A DNA stretch of 64,000 nt from NCBI GenBank assembly GCA_045805205.1, contig JBJMLR010000011.1, forward strand, positions 467,803 to 531,802. Reading direction: 5' to 3'. The notes under the pieces are model-generated. The model had not been told where the DNA came from. It searched no databases and saw nothing but the letters and a program-made list of their open reading frames with translations. The stretch is from Bacteroidia bacterium (GTDB lineage: Bacteria > Bacteroidota > Bacteroidia > 2-12-FULL-35-15). Positions 18,621 through 27,633 of this stretch are shown in pieces. Made by a program: the position numbers and the translations under genes. The stretch's first letter is position 1. Each line of letters begins with the position of its first letter.

Positions 18621-19901
18621 TTAATCCTCATCACTGTTCTTCCCGAAATGAACAACAAAACCGATATAAGGAATTCCTACGAAATATTCATGCTCCCAAA
18701 GTGCAGGAGTATTAATGAAGCCGATATCGAAGCTGCCTTTTTCATTCAGGATCCTGGCACCATAGGAAATGAATGTTTCATAATGATATTCATCCCGGAA
18801 GCCGCGGCTGAACGGATCGCCTTTCACCGATACCATCCAGTTCTCAGAAACCAGCGCAAGCTTTTTTGAAACGCGGATCTGTCCGCTCAATTGAACCAGG
18901 GGCTGTGTGATCCAATCGGTTTGATGATTGCTGTTTTCAACTCCATAACAAACAGAAGCGGTCAGGTTCCGGTCGATGTTCCCAACCGTAAAAGAGCAGA
19001 ACCCAAGCCCGATCCCGAAGTTTGAACCGTTCACCAGCGGGAACAACGAGTTTCCGACCATCAATCCTCCGGCTACATATGCATAATTATTCACTGAAGT
19101 CGATACTTTCGGCCTCAGGTAAACTCCGAAAGGTCCGGCCAGGCCGCCGCCGATCGAAAAATGATCCGTGATGCCGTAATCAAATTCATTGCCCAGACCA
19201 TAATAATTATGGTAATATCCTTCTCCTTTTTTAACGGACATTGCACTCGGACTGAGCAGGTATAAAGTAGAAACCGGGTTGCGGAACCATACCTTTCCTA
19301 CCTTGTCAACCGTACCATCCAGCGGTTTGGTAGATTTCACTTTTCCATTGTCGATCTTCAGCACGCCGAGGTTCTGCGTCTGAACAATAAATCCATTTTC
19401 ATCTTTGCTCAGGATCTTGCCGGAGATGATCGTTCCGTCGCGCAGCGTGATCACCCAGTTTTCCGAGCCATATTCTTTTTCAAGCGTGGCGATGTTCTTA
19501 CGATCGATCGTTCGTTCCCCGATATTATCGTCGAGGAATATGACCTCCCGCGGACTTTCCTTTACAACAACTCCTTTCAGCTTTGTCCCGTCGGTGAGCG
19601 TCATCACATATCTTGTTTTGACCTCTTTACTCACGGTGGCTGCAGCTTTTATGCTTTCCGGTGTGTTCTGGAAATTTTCGGTCATGCCGTTGGAATACTT
19701 CACAGACTTGATCTCGCTTCGCTTTTCGGTATAAACAGGTCCGTCCGCCAGATCGGCTCGCTTGTATTTGATCTCATTCTGAGAGATCTCGATCACGCGT
19801 CCAACAATAACCGAATTGTCTTTACGGAAAATGCTGTCCTGGGCGAGAGAAGGTACTATTCCTGCAAACAGGAACAGCAAGGGAAGGAGTCTTTTCATCA
19901 T
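18621..19901 (-). CDS. Hypothetical secreted / outer-membrane-associated protein
   Basis: 426-aa ORF with a signal peptide (MMKRLLPLLFLFAGIVPSLAQ) and a Gly/aromatic-rich C-terminal half. Confidence 0.5.
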   Translation of the reverse strand: MMKRLLPLLFLFAGIVPSLAQDSIFRKDNSVIVGRVIEISQNEIKYKRADLADGPVYTEKRSEIKSVKYSNGMTENFQNTPESIKAAATVSKEVKTRYVMTLTDGTKLKGVVVKESPREVIFLDDNIGERTIDRKNIATLEKEYGSENWVITLRDGTIISGKILSKDENGFIVQTQNLGVLKIDNGKVKSTKPLDGTVDKVGKVWFRNPVSTLYLLSPSAMSVKKGEGYYHNYYGLGNEFDYGITDHFSIGGGLAGPFGVYLRPKVSTSVNNYAYVAGGLMVGNSLFPLVNGSNFGIGLGFCSFTVGNIDRNLTASVCYGVENSNHQTDWITQPLVQLSGQIRVSKKLALVSENWMVSVKGDPFSRGFRDEYHYETFISYGARILNEKGSFDIGFINTPALWEHEYFVGIPYIGFVVHFGKNSDED

Positions 19902-20055
19902 TGCTGAAAGCGCTTGATATAAACAAATATAACAAAATTCAGCTTGAATTCGCTGCTTTGCTTATCTGCGCTGAGAATCTTATATTTGCTGTCCTTTTGG
20001 AGGCAGGCTTATCACCTGTCTGAATAAAAAGCAGGACGCTTAAGGCGCTAAAATT

Positions 20056-20472
20056 ATGGCAGAAGACAGGATCAATTCAAGCAAAGCACCCGAGCCGGTC
20101 GGAGCATATCCGCATGCACGCCGTGTGGGGAATCTCCTGTTTCTTTCGGGAGTAGGGCCACGTGAGCGCGGCACTAAAAAGATCCCGGGCGTGGAGCTCG
20201 ATGAAAAAGGAAATATTGTTTCCTATGATATTGAAACGCAATGTAAAAGTGTGTTCCAGAATATCAAATGGATCCTGGAAGATGCCGGCAGCAGCTGGGA
20301 TAAGATTGTGGATGTGCAGGTGTTCCTCACAAATATGAAAGATGATTTTGCGACCTATAACCGAGTGTATGCGGAATGGTTCAAAGACAATCAGCCATGC
20401 CGTACAACCATTGAGATCAACTGTCTCCCGACGCCGATCGCGATCGAGCTGAAAGTGATCGCAACGATTTAA
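20056..20472 (+). CDS. ridA: RidA family (YjgF/TdcF) reactive-intermediate deaminase
   Basis: 138 aa with APEPVGAYPHARRVGNLLFLSG...VQVFLTNM...R, typical of YjgF/RidA. Confidence 0.8.
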   Translation: MAEDRINSSKAPEPVGAYPHARRVGNLLFLSGVGPRERGTKKIPGVELDEKGNIVSYDIETQCKSVFQNIKWILEDAGSSWDKIVDVQVFLTNMKDDFATYNRVYAEWFKDNQPCRTTIEINCLPTPIAIELKVIATI

Positions 20473-20503
20473 TTTTTTCAGATCCCCGATTTCAAATTCA
20501 ATA

Positions 20504-23500
20504 ATGAAGCATTATAAGACATATAACAACCTTGATCTTTCACAAGCTGCGAAAGACGTACAGAAGAAGTGGGAAGCAGAGAATACATTCGAGCAATCGA
20601 TTAAATTGCGCGAAGGCAGCAATCCTTTTGTGTTTTATGAAGGTCCGCCAAGCGCGAACGGCTTGCCCGGCATTCACCATGTGATGGCCCGTTCCATCAA
20701 AGATATTTTCTGCCGCTATAAAACGCAGAAGGGCTTCCAGGTAAAGCGGAAAGCGGGTTGGGATACGCATGGACTTCCGATCGAGCTGAGCGTTGAGAAA
20801 GCACTTGGAATTACAAAAGAAGATATCGGTCACAAAATTTCGGTGGAGCAATACAATGTGGAATGCCGGAAGGATGTAATGAAATATACCGATGTATGGG
20901 CGGATGTAACTGCAAAAATGGGTTACTGGGTGGACATGGATCATCCGTACATCACGTATGATAACAAGTATATCGAGAGCGTTTGGTGGCTGCTGAATAA
21001 TTTGTACCGCAAGCAGATGTTGTACAAAGGATTTACCATCCAGCCTTATTCACCGGCTGCCGGAACGGGTTTATCTTCCCACGAGCTGAATCAGCCGGGA
21101 TGTTACAGAGATGTGAAGGACAGGACCGCTGTGGCACAATTCAGGATCATCGAAGATTCAAATTTTAAAATGGAGAATGTGGAAGGGGATGTATTTTTCC
21201 TCGCCTGGACAACCACGCCATGGACATTACCTTCGAATACTGCACTAGCAGTCGGAAAAAATATTGATTACATTTTGGTAAAAACCTTCAATCCGTTTAC
21301 GCATAAGCCGCAGCATGTTATTCTTGCAAAAGAGCTTGCCGGAAAGTATTTCAGCGAAAAGAACAAGGATTTGAAATTCGAAGATTACAAGCCCGGTGAT
21401 AAAGCAATTCCTTTCCAGATCGATGCTGAGTTCAAAGGTTCGGATCTGGCCGGTGTTCGTTATGAGCAGCTTCTTCCATTCACACAGCCAACCGACGGTG
21501 AAGCCTTCCGCGTGATCCTCGGCGATTTCGTTACCACTGAAGACGGAACCGGGATCGTTCACATTGCGCCGAGCTTCGGTGCGGACGATTTTCGTGTTGC
21601 AAAACAAAACGGGATCGGTTCGCTGACATTGGTCGATAAACGCGGAAAGTTCCTCGAAGTAGTGAAGGATGGAATTTTCCTTTACGGAGAAGAGTATGTG
21701 AAAGAAGCTTATCTCAGCGAGGAAGAAAAAGCGCATGAGTACCAGTTCCAGAAAAAGATCCTGGAGGATAACGGAAAGATCAAGGACCTGAAAGCTTACC
21801 TCAGCGTGGACGAACGCATCGTTCTTAAGCTGCAGGAAGAAGGAAAGCTCTTCAAAAAAGAAACGTATGAGCATAGTTATCCTCATTGCTGGAGGACAGA
21901 TAAGCCGGTGCTTTATTATCCGCTGGACTCCTGGTTCATCAAAACAACCGCTTACAAAGATCGCCTGATCGAGCTCAATAAAACCATCAACTGGAAGCCG
22001 GAATCGACCGGAACAGGAAGATTCGGGAACTGGCTGGAGAACCTGAACGATTGGAACCTTTCGCGCTCCCGCTTCTGGGGAATTCCGATTCCGATCTGGA
22101 CGAGCGAAGATAAAACCGAGCAGATCTGCATTCAGTCGGTAGAGCAGCTGAAAAAGGAAATTGAAAATGCCCTTGCAAAAGGTGCAATGAAAGAAAATCC
22201 CCTGGCGAAATTCCATGCCGGTGATATGAGTGATGCGAATTACAACACGTTCGATCTTCACAAGCCTTACGCAGATAATATAATTCTTGAAAAGAACGGA
22301 AAGAAGCTCTTCCGTGAACCTGATCTTATCGACGTTTGGTTCGATTCGGGAGCAATGCCTTATGCACAATTGCATTACCCGTTTGAGAACAAAGAGCTGA
22401 TCGATCAGAAAAAATACTATCCTGCGGATTTTATTGCGGAAGGTGTTGATCAGACACGCGGCTGGTTCTTTACGCTGCACGCGATCGCAACCATGTGCTT
22501 TGATTCGGTTGCATTTAAAAACGTTGTCTCCAACGGACTTGTGCTGGATAAGAACGGTCAGAAAATGAGCAAGCGCCTGGGGAACGCAGTGGATCCTTTT
22601 GCAACAATCGAGAAATACGGTCCGGATGCTACCCGCTGGTACATGATCACCAATGCAGCACCCTGGGACAATTTGAAATTCGATATTGACGGAATTGCGG
22701 AGGTACAGAGAAAATTCTTTGGAACGCTTCACAATACCTATTCATTTTTTGCGCTGTACGCGAATGTGGATGGATTCAGCTATAAAGAGGAAAATATTCC
22801 GGTGAATGAACGTCCGGAGATCGACCGCTGGATCCTGTCCGAATTGAATACGCTTATAAAAAATGTGAACGAAGCCTATGCTGAATATGAACCGCATCGC
22901 GCGGGTCGCTTCATTGAAACATTCCTGGATGAGCACCTGAGTAACTGGTATGTCCGTCTTTGCAGAAGGCGTTTCTGGAAAGGAGAATATACTGCAGATA
23001 AGATGGCAGCGTATCAAACACTGTATACCTGTCTCGAAACAATTGCAATGATCGCGGCGCCGATTGCTCCGTTCTATATGGATCGTCTGTTCAATGACCT
23101 CAATGCAATCACCAAACGCGTGAATGCGGCTTCTGTTCACCTGAGTAATTTCCCGGAGGCGGATAATTCGCTTATCGATAAATCACTTGAAGAAAGAATG
23201 GAGCTTGCGCAGAAGATCTCCTCTATGGTCCTTTCGATCCGTAAAAAGGAAAATATCCGTGTACGTCAGCCCCTCAATAAGATTCAGATCCCGGTTTTGG
23301 ACGCCTCTTACCGGAATAAGATCGAAGCAGTGAAGGACCTGATCCTTTCTGAAGTGAATGTGAAGCAGCTGGAGCTGGTGGATGAGTCCCAAACCCAGAT
23401 CGTGAAGAATATGAAGCTGAATTTCAAGACTTTAGGAAAGAAATGCGGCAAGCACATGAAAGCGGTTCAGGCTTTTGCTGCTGAAAACGCCCAGGCGATC

Positions 23501-23938
23501 ATTTCGGGAATCGAGAAAGAAGGAAAATTCGAAATGAAATTTGATGGGGACAGCATTATTCTGGATCCGGAAGATGTTGAAATTATCCCGGTCGATATTC
23601 CGGGCTGGAAAGTGACCAACTCAGGACAACTGACTGTAGCACTGGATGTTACGATAACGGGAGTGCTCCGGGAAGAAGGCCTCGCACGGGAGCTGGTGAA
23701 CCGGATCCAAAACCTCAGAAAAGACAGCAACCTCGACGTTACAGACCGCATAGATGTTAAGATCCAGCGAAATAATGCGATAAATTCCGCTATCAACAAT
23801 AATTTAGACTATATTTGCGCGGAAATTTTGGCCTCATCTCTCGAATTGGTTGATAATGTGGAAGCTACAAAAGGCTCTGAAATAGAATTGGACGAAGAGA
23901 TCAGAACCAGGATTACGATTACAAAACTACTTAACTAA
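20504..23938 (+). CDS. ileS: Isoleucine--tRNA ligase (type 2, long form)
   Basis: HIGH-type motif PPSANGLPGIHHVMARS, KMSKS motif KMSKRLGN, 1144 aa. Confidence 0.95.
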   Translation: MKHYKTYNNLDLSQAAKDVQKKWEAENTFEQSIKLREGSNPFVFYEGPPSANGLPGIHHVMARSIKDIFCRYKTQKGFQVKRKAGWDTHGLPIELSVEKALGITKEDIGHKISVEQYNVECRKDVMKYTDVWADVTAKMGYWVDMDHPYITYDNKYIESVWWLLNNLYRKQMLYKGFTIQPYSPAAGTGLSSHELNQPGCYRDVKDRTAVAQFRIIEDSNFKMENVEGDVFFLAWTTTPWTLPSNTALAVGKNIDYILVKTFNPFTHKPQHVILAKELAGKYFSEKNKDLKFEDYKPGDKAIPFQIDAEFKGSDLAGVRYEQLLPFTQPTDGEAFRVILGDFVTTEDGTGIVHIAPSFGADDFRVAKQNGIGSLTLVDKRGKFLEVVKDGIFLYGEEYVKEAYLSEEEKAHEYQFQKKILEDNGKIKDLKAYLSVDERIVLKLQEEGKLFKKETYEHSYPHCWRTDKPVLYYPLDSWFIKTTAYKDRLIELNKTINWKPESTGTGRFGNWLENLNDWNLSRSRFWGIPIPIWTSEDKTEQICIQSVEQLKKEIENALAKGAMKENPLAKFHAGDMSDANYNTFDLHKPYADNIILEKNGKKLFREPDLIDVWFDSGAMPYAQLHYPFENKELIDQKKYYPADFIAEGVDQTRGWFFTLHAIATMCFDSVAFKNVVSNGLVLDKNGQKMSKRLGNAVDPFATIEKYGPDATRWYMITNAAPWDNLKFDIDGIAEVQRKFFGTLHNTYSFFALYANVDGFSYKEENIPVNERPEIDRWILSELNTLIKNVNEAYAEYEPHRAGRFIETFLDEHLSNWYVRLCRRRFWKGEYTADKMAAYQTLYTCLETIAMIAAPIAPFYMDRLFNDLNAITKRVNAASVHLSNFPEADNSLIDKSLEERMELAQKISSMVLSIRKKENIRVRQPLNKIQIPVLDASYRNKIEAVKDLILSEVNVKQLELVDESQTQIVKNMKLNFKTLGKKCGKHMKAVQAFAAENAQAIISGIEKEGKFEMKFDGDSIILDPEDVEIIPVDIPGWKVTNSGQLTVALDVTITGVLREEGLARELVNRIQNLRKDSNLDVTDRIDVKIQRNNAINSAINNNLDYICAEILASSLELVDNVEATKGSEIELDEEIRTRITITKLLN

Positions 23939-23950
23939 TACCTCGATCAC

Positions 23951-24883
23951 ATGGCTAAAAAAGCGCAAAAAGGTAAGGCAGCGAAAAAACCGGCAGCAAA
24001 GAAAACTGTAAAAAAGGCAGCACCTAAAAAGGCATCTAAGCCTGCTAAAAAAGCCGCACCTAAAAAAGCAGCAAAGAAAGCAGCTCCTAAAAAGGCTTCA
24101 AAACCAACGAAGAAAGTGGTAAAGAAGGCTGCAAAACCTGTAAAAAAAGCAGTAGCGAAAAAGCCGTTAAAAAAAGCCGCTCCTAAAAAAGCCGCTAAAA
24201 AGGTGGTTGCAAAAAAGGCAGCTAAGCCGGTAAAAAAGCCGGTTGCTAAAAAGGCGATAAAGCCAGCTCCGGCTGTGAAGCCAGCTGCTAAAAAGCCTGA
24301 AGCGAAGGCTCCTGCAAAACCGATCGCAGCCGTTGCAAAACCGGCGCCGGTTGCAAAAAAGGCCGAGCCAGTCGCAAAAAAGAAGAAATACGATTCTCTG
24401 ATGGATGACGAGTATAGCTCGGATGAAGCGCCGATGGTAGTGGAATACAAAACACCATCGATCCGCAAGCCAATGGGCCCTGCTCCTAAACCGCATATCA
24501 ATACCGATACACGCACCCGTTACTCGGATTCTGAGTTAAAGGAATTCAAAGAGCTTATCCTGAAGAAGCTTGCAGAAGCGCAGAAAGATTATGAGCTGCT
24601 GAAAAGTACTTTATCGCACAAGGATGACCACGGTACCGATGATACTTCTCCTACTTTCAAATTGCTGGAAGATGGATCCGATGTATTGTCAAAAGAAGAA
24701 ACAGCTCATCTTGCAAGCCGCCAGGAGAAGTTCATTCAGAACCTCCAGAATGCACTGATCCGTATTGAGAATAAAACTTATGGCATCTGTCGTGCAACCG
24801 GTAAGCTGATCTCCAAGGAACGTTTAAGAAGTGTTCCCCACGCAACACTCGCTATCGAAGCGAAGCTTGAGCAGAATACATAG
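23951..24883 (+). CDS. DksA/TraR-family regulator with a histone-H1-like Lys/Ala/Pro-rich N-terminal extension
   Basis: The C-terminal about 130 aa (...ENKTYGICRATGKLISKERLRSVPHATLAIEAKLEQN) resembles DksA/TraR proteins. The N-terminal about 150 aa consist of KKAAPKK/AKKPV repeats. It sits between ileS and lspA. Confidence 0.7.
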   Translation: MAKKAQKGKAAKKPAAKKTVKKAAPKKASKPAKKAAPKKAAKKAAPKKASKPTKKVVKKAAKPVKKAVAKKPLKKAAPKKAAKKVVAKKAAKPVKKPVAKKAIKPAPAVKPAAKKPEAKAPAKPIAAVAKPAPVAKKAEPVAKKKKYDSLMDDEYSSDEAPMVVEYKTPSIRKPMGPAPKPHINTDTRTRYSDSELKEFKELILKKLAEAQKDYELLKSTLSHKDDHGTDDTSPTFKLLEDGSDVLSKEETAHLASRQEKFIQNLQNALIRIENKTYGICRATGKLISKERLRSVPHATLAIEAKLEQNT

Positions 24884-24912
24884 TTTATAAAATACCTGAT
24901 TTTCAGAAGAAA

Positions 24913-24940
24913 GCTGTTCCCTGTTGGAACGGCTTTTTTT
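24913..24940 (+). terminator. Intrinsic terminator after the DksA-like gene
   Basis: gctgttcc-ctgtt-ggaacggc followed by TTTTTTT. Confidence 0.6.
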
Positions 24941-25059
24941 ATAGTCAGACTTATCCCGGCCGGAGGGAAGGGATCTTATTTCAGGCAGCAGTTTTTTGAT
25001 GACTTGGCGAAGTTTGGTCACACTAAAAAACTTACCTTTGTAACCCAAATTATTCGTTT

Positions 25060-25761
25060 GTGAAGAAGCCCTTACTCATTGTTTTCCTCGTTCTGCTGAT
25101 CGATCAGTTCATCAAGATCTACATCAAAACGCACTTTTTTCTTGGAGAAGAGATCCACATGGCCGGCGATTGGGCAATTATCCATTTTACCGAGAATAAC
25201 GGAATGGCCTACGGAATGGAGTTCGGTGGTAATTTCGGAAAGCTCTTTTTGAGTGTCTTCCGCATCGTTGCCGTGGGTGGGATCGGTTATTACCTGTGGA
25301 CGCTTACCAGAAAGAAGGAAGACGGACTTTATATTTTCTGTATTGCATTGATCTTCGCCGGCGCGATCGGAAATATCCTTGACAGTGCGTTCTATGGAAT
25401 GATGTTCAGCGACAGCAATTATGAGGTGGCCCGCTTTATGCCTGAAGAAGGCGGATACGCTTCTTTCCTGCATGGGAAGGTCGTCGATATGTTCTATTTT
25501 CCGGTGATCACCGGTCATTACCCTTCCTGGTTTCCGGCTTTATCCAATACCAGTTTACCCGACTGGTTCCCGCGGTCCGGAGAGGATTTTGTTTTCTTCC
25601 GTCCCGTTTTCAACTTCGCCGATTTTTCCATCAGCGTTGGTGTCGCCATGATCATTCTTTACCAGCGTCGCTTTTTTGGAAAAAAGAAGACAACCGCTCA
25701 GGTTGAAGAAACGGAGAACAGTGAACCAACTCCGCCCCCTGCGGATACGGTCACCGGGTAG
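25060..25761 (+). CDS. lspA: Lipoprotein signal peptidase (signal peptidase II)
   Basis: Multiple TM helices and the conserved FNFADFSISVG segment, at the canonical position after ileS and the DksA-like gene. Confidence 0.9.
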   Translation: MKKPLLIVFLVLLIDQFIKIYIKTHFFLGEEIHMAGDWAIIHFTENNGMAYGMEFGGNFGKLFLSVFRIVAVGGIGYYLWTLTRKKEDGLYIFCIALIFAGAIGNILDSAFYGMMFSDSNYEVARFMPEEGGYASFLHGKVVDMFYFPVITGHYPSWFPALSNTSLPDWFPRSGEDFVFFRPVFNFADFSISVGVAMIILYQRRFFGKKKTTAQVEETENSEPTPPPADTVTG

Positions 25762-25770
25762 ATCCTCATC

Positions 25771-25808
25771 CTGCATCGCTGTCACCCGATGGAGCGAAGT
25801 CGAAATGC
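25771..25808 (+). repeat. Dispersed hairpin-repeat family copy (gtcaccc...gagcgaagtcgaa)
   Basis: Seen directly; see findings. Confidence 0.6.
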
Positions 25809-25834
25809 ACGATAATTTTCCACAAAGAAAGCTG

Positions 25835-25903
25835 GTTAGAACGTCACCCTGCATCGCCGTCGGTAAGCCTTTGGCGGCTAATGGACCGGAGTCGAGACAT
25901 TGT
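25835..25903 (+). repeat. Dispersed repeat copy (ggttagaacgtcaccctgcatcgcc...ggagtcgag)
   Basis: Seen directly. Confidence 0.6.
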
Positions 25904-25928
25904 GATAATCATTGCAAAAAGAAAACCC

Positions 25929-25964
25929 GGTTAGAACGTCACCCTGAGCGAAGTCGAAGGGTAG
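25929..25964 (+). repeat. Dispersed repeat copy (ggttagaacgtcaccctgagcgaagtcgaagggtag) abutting the GIY-YIG stop codon
   Basis: Seen directly. Confidence 0.65.
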
Positions 25965-25965
25965 A

Positions 25966-26285
25966 TCATTTGAGGTCGTGATGTGTCTCGTTTTTGCAGA
26001 TTGATAACTCTTTAATTCGTGACCAATTCGCTTCGATCAAAGCCTGCTTTTTTGCTCTGCTCCATTCTTTTACCTTCTTTTCAAATGCAATTGCTGAGGT
26101 GGGATCAGGAAACGTTTCATAATACATCAGCTCCACCGGCCTCCGTTCGTAAGTGTACGATCTTTATGGTATCCGCAATGATGTTGTGTCAGCCGGACTT
26201 CAAGATTACTCGTAACGCCCGTGTAATATGATTTATCGGAACAAAGTAAAATATAAACAAACATGTTTGAAATTTTTCTTTTCAT
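25966..26285 (-). pseudogene. GIY-YIG nuclease family protein (YhbQ/UPF0213-like, about 105 aa) with an apparent -1 frameshift
   Basis: Minus-strand frame 1: MKRKISNMFVYILLCSDKSYYTGVTSNLEVRLTQHHCGYHKDRTLTNGGRWS*, which carries the GIY-YIG hallmark. The C-terminal half continues in another frame (RPVELMYYETFPDPTSAIAFEKKVKEWSRAKKQALIEANW...DLK*). The shift is near 26135-26145. It is absent from the ORF track because both pieces are under 60 aa. Confidence 0.6.
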
Positions 26286-26291
26286 TTTTTT

Positions 26292-26355
26292 AACCGGCCG
26301 CCCTTCGACTCCGCTCCTCCGCTCGCTGAAGCTCAGCGAAGGCGATGCAGGGTGA
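26292..26355 (-). repeat. Dispersed repeat copy in inverse orientation (aaccggccgcccttcgactccgc...cagggtgac) directly upstream of the GIY-YIG start
   Basis: Reverse complement reads gtcaccctgcatcgcc...ggagtcgaagggcggccggtt, then aaaaaa, then ATG. Confidence 0.65.
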
Positions 26356-26406
26356 CTTATAATTGTAATGTGAGTTGTAAAAACAACCTCTTAATTTCTT
26401 AGTGTG

Positions 26407-26435
26407 CTGAGTGCCTTAGTGGTGAAATAAGTCAT
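26407..26435 (+). repeat. 29-bp cttagtg...cttagtggtgaa element in the asd 3' UTR
   Basis: Near-identical to 33347-33375 (3 mismatches). A related inverted copy is at 33187-33225. Confidence 0.55.
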
Positions 26436-26440
26436 GAAGA

Positions 26441-27427
26441 TTAAATCATCTTCTTTCCCATCAAATACTCCGCAATCTGGATCGCATTGGTAGCGGCACC
26501 TTTTCGCAAATTATCCGATACAACCCACATGTTCAGCGTTTTTTCCTGTGTCTCATCACGGCGAAGTCTTCCCACAAACACCTCATCCTTATCGTGTGCA
26601 TCCATTGGCATCGGATATTTCAGGTTCTTCACATCATCTACCAAAATAACACCCGGCGCGTGATGCAGCAATGAACGAACTTCATTCATATCGAATTCCT
26701 TTTCAAACTCAACGTTCATGCTTTCGCTGTGTCCGCCCATCACCGGAATGCGAACGGTTGTTGCAGTTACCCGGATATTCTTATCGAGGATCTTCTTCGT
26801 TTCATTCACCATTTTCATCTCCTCTTTTGTATAATCGTTTTCGGTAAAAACATCGATATGAGGAATCACATTCAGATCGATCGGATAAGCATAAGCCATG
26901 TTCCCCTTCACACCTTTTCGTTCATTCATCAGCTGCTCAACCGCTTTCACCCCTGTTCCGGTTACCGATTGGTAAGTAGAAACAACAACACGCAGTACAT
27001 TGTATTTTTTGTGAAGCGGTGCAAGTGCCACAACCATTTGTATAGTGGAACAGTTTGGATTTGCGATGATCTTATCTGCTGCTGTAAGTTCATCTGCATT
27101 GATCTCCGGTACAACCAGCTTTTTCGCGGGGTCCATTCTCCAGGCAGAAGAGTTATCGATCACCGTGATCCCCGCTTCCGCGAATTTCGGTGCCCATTCC
27201 AGCGAAGTGCTTCCGCCCGCCGAGAACAATGCCACATTCGGTTTCATGTCGATAGCCGTCTGCATCCCCACCACCTTGAACTTTTTACCCTTATAGGAAA
27301 CTTCCTTCCCGATCGATTTTTCAGATGCGACAGGAATTAACTCCGTTACGGGGAAATTACGTTCTTCCAGTACCTGGATCATTTTGGTGCCTACCAGCCC
27401 GGTGGCTCCGACTACTGCTACTTTCAT
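26441..27427 (-). CDS. asd: Aspartate-semialdehyde dehydrogenase
   Basis: MKVAVVGATGLVG... NAD-binding N-terminus; 328 aa overall; the active-site region (..SGAG..C..) has the Asd pattern. Confidence 0.9.
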   Translation of the reverse strand: MKVAVVGATGLVGTKMIQVLEERNFPVTELIPVASEKSIGKEVSYKGKKFKVVGMQTAIDMKPNVALFSAGGSTSLEWAPKFAEAGITVIDNSSAWRMDPAKKLVVPEINADELTAADKIIANPNCSTIQMVVALAPLHKKYNVLRVVVSTYQSVTGTGVKAVEQLMNERKGVKGNMAYAYPIDLNVIPHIDVFTENDYTKEEMKMVNETKKILDKNIRVTATTVRIPVMGGHSESMNVEFEKEFDMNEVRSLLHHAPGVILVDDVKNLKYPMPMDAHDKDEVFVGRLRRDETQEKTLNMWVVSDNLRKGAATNAIQIAEYLMGKKMI

Positions 27428-27521
27428 GTTGTGTTGTTGTTTATGTTAAATTATCGCTGTTGTCTATATAAATCCTCATATTTCATTTTTGGATAAGCGG
27501 AACGATCACGTTCCCTGCTAA

Positions 27522-27550
27522 ATAAAAAAGGCCTCTCCATCCGGAAAGGC
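27522..27550 (-). terminator. Intrinsic terminator (9-bp stem ggcctttcc/ggagaggcc plus T6) in the asd leader, 95 bp upstream of the asd start
   Basis: Hairpin plus U-tract read on the minus strand. Confidence 0.6.
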
Positions 27551-27582
27551 CCTTGTGCTATACAATATCATATAAAACACTA

Positions 27583-27633
27583 CTGAACCTTTCCATTATG
27601 GAAACGTTTCTTGCCGTGCTTTTTATTTTTCAT
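27583..27633 (-). promoter_or_regulatory. Lys-rich 17-codon mini-ORF (MKNKKHGKKRFHNGKVQ) in the asd leader; candidate leader peptide
   Basis: An ATG with TAGATTTG (a TAnnTTTG -7-like box) about 20 nt upstream; 6 Lys codons; its 3' end contains ggaaagg, which is complementary to the terminator 5' arm. Confidence 0.35.

Noticed and set aside
15550-19901. Possibility that the AT-rich barrel gene plus neighbour is an intact integrative element
   Set aside because: No integrase, excisionase or other mobility gene was found, so it is reported only as a probable remnant.
21245-22732. 495-aa minus-strand ORF
   Set aside because: It lies antisense inside ileS and has no recognisable motifs. It is a long open frame produced by codon bias of the sense gene.
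23947-24516. 189-aa and 109-aa minus-strand ORFs (FFAAGF-rich)
   Set aside because: They are antisense of the KKAAPKK repeat in the DksA-like gene, so the repeats create open antisense frames.
26019-26231. 70-aa plus-strand ORF
   Set aside because: It is antisense to the GIY-YIG gene, which has a far better protein signature.
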